Assembly (NCBI RefSeq): GCF_006345805.1
Contig: NC_043011.1
Coordinates: 43,474,464-43,538,463 of the forward strand
Source: Octopus sinensis
Lineage: Eukaryota
Length of the DNA stretch: 64,000 bases
Direction: 5' to 3'
Part shown: piece by piece, positions 56,090 to 64,000 of the stretch
How positions within the stretch are numbered: position 1 is the stretch's first letter
Layout: each line of letters begins with the position of its first letter
Made by a program: the position numbers and the translations under genes
Notes under the pieces: model-generated
Seen by the model: only the letters and a program-made list of their open reading frames with translations
The model's database searches: none
Told to the model about the DNA's origin: nothing

Positions 56090-56487
56090 CTACTCTTTTA
56101 CTCTTTACTCTTTTACTTGTTTCAGTCATTTGACTGCGGCCATGCTGGAGCACCGCCACGACTTATTCTTTGTAAGTCTAGTACTTATTCTATCGGTCTC
56201 TTTTTCCGAACCGCTAAGTTACGGGGACGTAAACACACCAACATCGGTTGTCAAGCGATGTTGGGGAGAGGGACAAACACAGACACACAAACATATACCC
56301 ACACATATATATATACATATATACGACCGACTTCTTTCAGTTTCCGCTTGCCAAATCCACTCACAAGGCTTTGGTCGGCCAAAGGCTATAGTAGAAGACA
56401 CTTTGCCAAGGTGTCATGCAGTGGGACTGAACCCAGAACCATGTTGTTGGCAAGCAAGCTACTTACCACACAGCCACTCTTGCGCCC
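56090..56487 (-). mobile_element. SINE family B
   Basis: Full-length copy with a small internal deletion. Confidence 0.85.
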
Positions 56488-56829
56488 ATGACAATGTCTT
56501 TAATTTTTATCTAAATCTTTAATTTTTACCCAAAAGTTCATCTAGTAAGATTTTCACCCTAAAATTAGTCTACAAACATGGTAGAAACTGGGACAAAGAA
56601 TGTCCCACAACGCAGTTGCTCCACAGGGAACCTTAATAGCTAAGGCAACATAGACAGCCAAGAGTAAATTATCGTGGAGCAACAACCAGACTATTAAATC
56701 TTACATTGAAGGATGCGATTTGTGCAGGTAGTACACTTTGATGCATCGACTAATGCAGATTCTGTGAAATTAATATCCAACGAACCATCCATATTATAAA
56801 CAACGATCAAAAAGTGCCATTGCGATACT

Positions 56830-57672
56830 ATCCACCATACATATAGCCTTCCTGTGGTAATCCACTCCAGCCAGGCTTTGACCACGGTTGCCAGCAAATT
56901 CACATAGCCGTTTGAATTGAACCTAAGGCTCTGTTCAAAGATGTAGGATGGCATGTCTTTACCCTCACGGAGACACACCTAAAGACCATCACAGTTTGGA
57001 TTTCGTGATTCGTGGGACATCACATGGATTATAGGTAAGAGACCTGTCTTCTGCGTGTTCATCAACTGGTTCTGGCAGAATTTCTTTTCATCTGAGAGGA
57101 ATCAGATCATCCCCGGCTCAACAGGATGTCTCAGCCCTTTTGGAGGCTTCATTGCTCTCGTCAAACGGTTCCCCTTGCTCTTGGCTGTCAGAATTTGTCT
57201 CATGCGGCACCTCTTGTACGAGTGGTAGCAAAGGTCCTCATTTTGAGCCAGCTTTATGGTGGTGGTTTCAACAACTCTTTCTCACCAAATACCAGATTCT
57301 TCCGTCACCTTTTTTTGCAGTTGTAGGATTAATTCCGGTGTAGAGACGCAGTCAGAATACCTGCTGTGTCTCTCTTCCTACTAAATCACAGCTTCATAAT
57401 CTCCGTTGCTGCTGTCCATGTCACACCTTAGAGAGCAATGAACAGCAGTCATGATGTCGGCATTTAAATACACGGTTCGAATCATCATTATACAGGGAAC
57501 TCTTTTCCAAAAATTCTGATAGTTTCCAGTCCTCTATATCAGGTAACTTCTTCTTGACAAGATCTTTAATCTTTATGCTCTTCAATGCTGTTGAGTTTTC
57601 ACAAATATATCGGATTGTTTCTGAAAAAAGGAAACATAAAAAAAATCCGTCAAATTTAACCCGAACACCCTG
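56830..57672 (-). mobile_element. Degraded Tc1/mariner-superfamily transposon (DD37D/maT-like)
   Basis: Minus strand starts TA|CAGGGTGTTCGGGTTAAATTTGACGG; broken frame with SDEK...EGKDMPSYIFEQSLRFNSNGYVNLLATVVKAWLEWITTGRLYVW. Subfamily assignment is from memory. Confidence 0.65.
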
Positions 57673-57869
57673 TATTGATTGTGAGGCGAAACATTGTACA
57701 GAGCAATCCAGGGACTAGGTTATGGCCTACACTATGAAGTGAAGACTTCTCGTGTTAAGATTGCAGTAAAATACAATGTGAGGTTAAAGAAAGAAACTGT
57801 GCGCGATAATGTAAATATGTCTGCCTTGCAACTGTTAACATACTATTCCTTTCTACTACAGGCACAAGA

Positions 57870-58282
57870 CCTGAAATTTCGTGAGTGGAGGACAGTCGAT
57901 TACATCAAACTCAGTGCTTAACTAGTACATATTTTATAAATCCCGAAAGGAATATGGCAAAGTCGTTTTCAGCGGAATTTGAACTCAGAACGTAAAAACA
58001 GACGAACTGCTGCTAAGCATTTTGCCCGGCGTGCTAACGATTCTGCCAGCTCGCCACCTTGAAAAAGATTGAAGGGGGCACAAAGCCAGCAAGTTCTGAG
58101 GTGGGGGATAGTGATTACATCGACTCCAGTGCCCAACTGGTACTTATTTTATCGACCTCGAAGTGATGAAAGGTAAAGTCAACCTCGGCGGAATTTGAAC
58201 TCAGAACGTAAAGACGGACGGAATACCGCTAAGCATTATACCCTGCGTGGTAGCACTATCAGTTCTGCCGGCTCGCAGCCTT
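57870..58282 (-). mobile_element. Two tandem family C SINEs
   Basis: gcggaatttgaactcagaacgtaaa occurs at ~57972 and ~58188, each followed by the reverse-complement head. Confidence 0.8.
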
Positions 58283-58389
58283 CAAATGTTAATATAATAT
58301 TAAATATCAGTGAAAACAAATCAGCTGTACCGCATTAATGAGAAATCTGAAGTTATTCTGGAAACAGCAGCCAAACTTGTATATATATA

Positions 58390-58391
<2 letters not shown>

Positions 58392-58420
<29 letters not shown>

Positions 58421-59100
58421 TGTATGTATGTTGCATGCATGCATGTATGTATGTATGTATGTATGTATGCATGTATGTATGTATGTATGTATGTATGTAT
58501 GCATGCATGTATGTATGTATGTATGTATGTATGTATGTATGTATGTATGTATGTATGCATGCATGCATGTATGTATGCATGTATGTATGTATGCATGCAT
58601 GCATGTATGTATGTATGTATGCATGTATGCATGTATGTATGTATGTATGTATGTATGCATGTATGTATGTATGTATGTATGTATGCATGTATGTATGCAT
58701 GTATGTATGTATGTATGTATGTATGCATGTATGTATGTATGTATGTATGCATGCATGCATGCATGTATGCATGCATGCATGTATGTATGTGTGTGTGTAT
58801 GTATGTATGCATGCATGCATGTATGTATGTATGTATGCATGCATGCATGTATGTATGTATGCATGCATGCATGTATGTATGCATGTATGTATGTATGCAT
58901 GCATGCATGTATGTATGTATGTATGCATGTATGTATGTATGTATGTATGCATGCATGTATGTATGCATGTATGTATGTATGTATGCATGCATGTATGTAT
59001 GTATGTATGTATGTATGTATGTATGGATGGATGGATGGATGTATGTATGGATGGATGGATGGATGGATGGATGGATGGATGGATGGATGCACATACATAC
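58392..59100. repeat. (ATGT/ATGC/ATGG)n tetranucleotide array
   Basis: Direct inspection; source of six spurious ORFs. Confidence 0.95.
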
Positions 59101-59582
59101 TAACATGTTTGTGTACATAAATACATTTTGTATATCGTGGATTTTACTGTCAAAGACGGCAGATGAGGGATTATAACATTTCTTGCTGAACAATCGTGCG
59201 CAGATGATTTGTTTATAGTGCTCACATTTTCTTGCTGTATATTAGCTTAATCCATCCATCAACTCGACATACATCTCTTTTAAAGGCGTACAGTTTGCCA
59301 CACGTCAGATGTCGAAGTGACCGCAAAGCAATGTGAGATGAAATGTTTTGCTCAAAAACACGATGCACCCTATGGTACGGGAATCGAAACCACGGTCTCC
59401 AGGTCATTATTGCAACAACCTATCCACCAGGCCACGCGACCTGGACCATACGTGTAAATAGAGAAGACTATTGATGTGCTGTTAATGAGATGTAAGCTGG
59501 GACCTGATCGACCTCGGCTGGATAAACTGGGCGATTGGGTCTGATTTTGAAAGACTCGACACATCACTGAAGATACATCCCA

Positions 59583-59785
59583 GAGCGTGGCTGTGTGGTG
59601 AGAAGCTTGCTTCCTAACCATATAGTTTGAAGTTTAGTTCCACTGAGTGGCCACCTTTGGCAAGTGTCTACTACTAAAGCCTCGAGCTGACTAAATCCTT
59701 GCGAGTAGATTAGGTAGACAGAAACTGAAAGAAGTCCTTCGTGTGGGTGTGTGTGTGTGTGTTGTGTGTGTGTGCGCGCGCGTGC

Positions 59786-59828
<43 letters not shown>

Positions 59829-60040
59829 GTGTTTGTGTCTGTGTTTGCCCCACTACCACCACCACCGCTTGACAACCAGCTTTTTGTGTTTACGCCCTCC
59901 CGTAACTTAGCAGTTCAACAAGAGAACCCGATAGGATAAGTATCGAGCTTAACAAAATAAAAGTACTGGGGTCGATTTATTCGACTAAAACATCTTCAAT
60001 GCGGTGCCCCAGCATGGCCGAAGTCTAGTGACTGAAACAA
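59583..60040 (+). mobile_element. SINE family B, older diverged copy
   Basis: Head, central microsatellite and tail are recognisable with many substitutions. Confidence 0.75.
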
Positions 60041-60683
60041 TATATATACACACACACACACACACATGTTTGTGTGTGCGCGCCGCTGTGTGTTAATATT
60101 GAAGTAAAATGAAAAAAAGACGACATTGATAATAATCTAATTACTCCACTGTAATTATTGATTTCAAATTTTGACTCAAAGCCAGCAAGTTCTGGAGAGG
60201 AGTTAAGTCGATATGCTTAACCGGTACTTATTTTATCGACTCCGAAAGGATGAAATGCAAAGTCGACCTCAGAGGAGTTTGAACTCAGAAAGTAAAGACG
60301 GATGAAATGCCACCAAGCATTTTGTCCGGCTTCTTAACGATTTTAGAGTGTATAATTTTAGAGTGTAATAAGTGCGAATACAAACATCTCGACATAAAAA
60401 CCTATGTATGCATATATGTACGTACAGAAGTGCATATATATATACATATATTACTAAGCCGTAAGGGCTACAAAGCAATTCAAAGGCTGAGATTTCGTTC
60501 ATAACACACGCACACACACATACATACATACCTACATACATACATACATACATACATACATACATACATACATACATACATACATACATACATACATACA
60601 TGCATACATACATACATCATATATATATATATATGTATATGTATATATATAATATATATATATATATATAATATATATATATG

Positions 60684-60798
<115 letters not shown>

Positions 60799-60829
60799 GC
60801 ACACACACACACATAATGATTATGGTTTC

Positions 60830-60985
60830 CTGTTATTTATAGATCTATTTAATCAATAAAAGAATTGTGGATACAGTGAAGCACCACGGCAATTTGGCTG
60901 TAATGTGGTCAGTCTGCCAGAAAGCCTTTGATAGTGTACCAATGGGTGGATTAACAAATCAATACAATTACCCAAAATTTGAGAT
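60830..60985 (+). pseudogene. Small degraded RT fragment
   Basis: LINKRIVDTVKHHGNLAVMWSVCQKAFDSVP resembles the RT KAFDSV motif. Confidence 0.55.
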
Positions 60986-61138
60986 CCAAATTCAACTCAG
61001 AAACCATTCTTAGTACAGCACTGTTGCCAAGTCGATAACAAAAATCAATCAATGATACATGACCGACAAGGCACTCTGCAAGTGTTCGTTATCCTCTCAT
61101 TAAACCTGTTATGCCGCCTGTTCAGAAAATATATGCCC

Positions 61139-61995
61139 AGGCGTGGCTTTGCAGTAAGAAGCTTACTTGCCAAGCACATGGTTCCCGGTTGTGTTCCACT
61201 GTGTGGCATCTTGGGCAAGTGTTTTCTACTTACTGTAGCCTCTGATCGACCAGAGCCTTGTGAGTGGATTTGGTAGACGGAAACTGAAAGAAGCCCTTCA
61301 TATATATGCTGTGTGAATGTGCACGCATGTGTGTGTGTGTGTGTCATTGTCTGTGTGTCTTTGTGCCTGTGTTTGTCACCCACCAGCGCTTGACAACCGG
61401 TGTTGACAAGCGGCTCGGCAACAAGAGACGGGTAGAATAACTACCAGGTTTAAAAGCAAAAAGTAGTGGGTCGATTCATTCGATTAAATTCCTCAAGTGG
61501 GTGCTCCAGCATGGCTGCAATCTAATCACTGAAACAAGTAAAAGATAAAATAAAATAAAATATATAGAAATGAACATAGGCGCAGGAGTGGCTGTGTGGT
61601 AAGTAGCTTGCTAACCAACCACATGGTTCCGGGTTCAGTCCAACTGCGTGGCATCTTGGGCAAGTGTCTTCTACTATAGCCTCGGGCCGACCAAAGCCTT
61701 GTGAGTGGATTTGGTAGACGGAAACTGAAAGAAGCCTGTCGTATATATGTATATATATATATATGTGTGTGTGTGTGTATGTGTGTGTTTCTATGTCTGT
61801 ATTTGTCCCCTTGCATTGCTTGACAACCGATGCTGGTGTGTTTACGTCCCCGTCACTTAGCGGTTCGGCAAAAGAGACCGATAGAATAAGTACTGGGCTT
61901 ACAAAGAATAAGTCCCGGGGTCGATTTGCTCGACTAAAGGCGGTGCTCCAGCATAGTCGCAGTCAAATGACTGAAACAAGTAAAAGAAAGAAAGA
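61139..61995 (+). mobile_element. Two tandem family B SINEs (61139-61560 diverged; 61578-61995 young)
   Basis: Two consecutive head-to-tail matches to the consensus. Confidence 0.8.
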
Positions 61996-62312
61996 ATATA
62001 TCAGTCACCTTATACTTGTAGAGAACCTGAATCGGTAATAAGCTAAGAACTACATCAAAACCTAATTGGATCTAATCTGATAATATTCCACAGGTCGTGG
62101 AAAGACGGGCGGGATTGTTCTTCCACTAAATGCTAAAGTTATCCTTGCAGACATTTCATTCGGCTGCGAACTACATTATTCACCGCATTTTACCCTGTTG
62201 ATATTAACTAAATTCAAATGAAAGAGCAGAGCTTTTTTCTTGGTTAGAGACTTGGTTTTTCTCTTTTGGTTAGAAATTTGAAAATTTAATAAGTGCATAC
62301 ACATATATATAT

Positions 62313-62354
<42 letters not shown>

Positions 62355-62377
62355 ATATCTATATATATATATAATAT

Positions 62378-62411
<34 letters not shown>

Positions 62412-62412
62412 A

Positions 62413-62620
62413 CGGGATGCTTTATGAAAATAAACAAAAGACGAAGGCAGGTGGAATATAAACAAACAGATGTATTAGTGTGGCGCTCAGGAATATAAAT
62501 AAAACAAGTCTTTTACGTTTCGAGCCTACGCTCTTCAACAGAAAGATACACAGAAAAGAAACACGGAGAGAAACAAGGAGAGAGAAAAAAATGCGTGCAG
62601 AAGCTAGCGAATCAACATGG

Positions 62621-62623
<3 letters not shown>
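62413..62623 (-). mobile_element. Family E element (variant HHR at 62509-62546)
   Basis: Reverse complement of the 8357 copy, with (TA)n on both sides; core CTGTTGAAGAGCGTAGGCTCGAAACGTA. Confidence 0.6.
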
Positions 62624-62673
<50 letters not shown>

Positions 62674-63291
62674 TAGAAACATAGATACAATGGTACATAC
62701 ATACATACATACAAACATTGATCCACCCCTCCAAACACACATACATTCATCTATCTGTCAGTCCAGACATCTATCCATAAATAAACATCCATACATACAT
62801 CCATCTATACATGCATGTATACATACATACATACTTACATACATGCATATATACGTATATACATGCACACATACATGCATACATATATGCGTGCGTGCAT
62901 GTATGCATACATAGTAGCATACATACAAACACTCGACGCGAGCAATTACATAACTGGCGTGGAAGACTATTCATTGAATCAGTGATGAGTATTATCTCCA
63001 ACATTAATACCACAGCTGTCATCCTCGTTAAAATAATTGATTATTCTTGCTATTATCGGCATAGGAGAAACCTTTTTATTGAAGCTCGTAGTGATATCCA
63101 ACTCAAACTTGTATTCACCCTTCGGAGATTTGCCACAGACATCGTGGTTGAACATGTCAAGAACAAACAATACCAGCGAAGAAACGCGGAAAAACAAAAC
63201 TGAGGAAGCCAATTATAATTTTATTTGCTGTAGTTAAAATAGAAGCAGAAAGTATGAAGTGAATTTTATTAAATGTGTATTTAATAAAAGG

Positions 63292-63673
63292 GTGGAGGCG
63301 CAATGGCCCAGTGGTTAGGGCAGCGGACTCGCGGTCGTAGGATCGCGGTTTCGATTCCCAGACCGGGCACTGTGAGTGTTTATTGAGCGAAAACACCTAA
63401 AGCCCCACGAGGCTCCGGCAGGGGATGGTGGTGAACCCTGCTGTACTCTTTCACCACAACTTTCTCCCGCTCTTTCTTCATGTTTCTGTTGTACCTGTAT
63501 TTCAAAGGGCCAGCCTTGTCACTTTCTGTGTCACGCTGAATATCCCCGAGAACTACGTTAAGGGTACACGTGTCTGTGGAGTGCTCAGCCACTTACACGT
63601 TAATATCACGAGCAAGCTGTTCCGTTGATCGTATCAGCAGGGACCCTCATCGTCGCAACCGACGGAGTGCTCC
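63292..63673 (+). mobile_element. tRNA-derived SINE family A
   Basis: Full-length third copy. Confidence 0.85.
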
Positions 63674-64000
63674 TATCCTATTTAATAAAGATAAGAGCAG
63701 GAGTGACAGTATGGTAAGAAGCTTGCTTCCTAACTCATGATTCATAACCTCCGGATTCAGTTCCAGTACGTGGCACCTTGGGCAAGTGTCTTCTGCTATA
63801 GAATCGAGCCGACTTCATACCAAATTGTCTAGCCTTCTAAAGTGGAGCTGTTTTTAATTGTTATTTGATAATTATGACACATCTCGAGAAGTTGATTTTA
63901 ATAAATCAAAAAGTCATGTTGTATGGTATTTGATATACCTATATCTGTCTACGTTGTTCAAGTACCTACCGCTGACTACACTGACTTATTTATTTTAGTT

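Noticed and set aside
58307-59193. Six overlapping 200-290 aa ORFs
   Set aside because: A tetranucleotide repeat lacking stop codons; not coding.
62930-63212. Complex-looking segment with short ORFs on both strands
   Set aside because: No recognisable domain or splice structure; possibly an old transposon fragment but unsupported.

Overview
AT-rich, microsatellite- and SINE-dense animal DNA; the repeat families suggest an octopus (inference). The window holds the 3' part of one + strand gene, a transmembrane adenylyl cyclase most like the rutabaga/ADCY1 group. I reconstructed eight GT-AG exons in a continuous frame: 14107-14390, 16289-16409, 18492-18611, 23082-23228, 33147-33245, 37695-37812, 39264-39388 and 42756-45815. 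Together they give 1357 aa covering the end of the second membrane bundle, an intact C2 catalytic domain and a ~985-aa low-complexity tail. The 5' exons are not visible. Introns and flanks carry four SINE families, a non-autonomous Helitron, three Tc1/mariner-superfamily remnants and R4/Dong-type LINE fragments. The most striking unannotated signal is a set of hammerhead ribozyme (HHR) motifs in short elements lodged in or beside (TA)n tracts, resembling Penelope/retrozyme elements. Two are well-formed type I HHRs on the sense strand of the cyclase introns (13621-13689, 20926-20995), two are antisense, and a four-copy family shares a variant core (CUGUnGA). Almost all other ORF-track entries are microsatellite or SINE artefacts.
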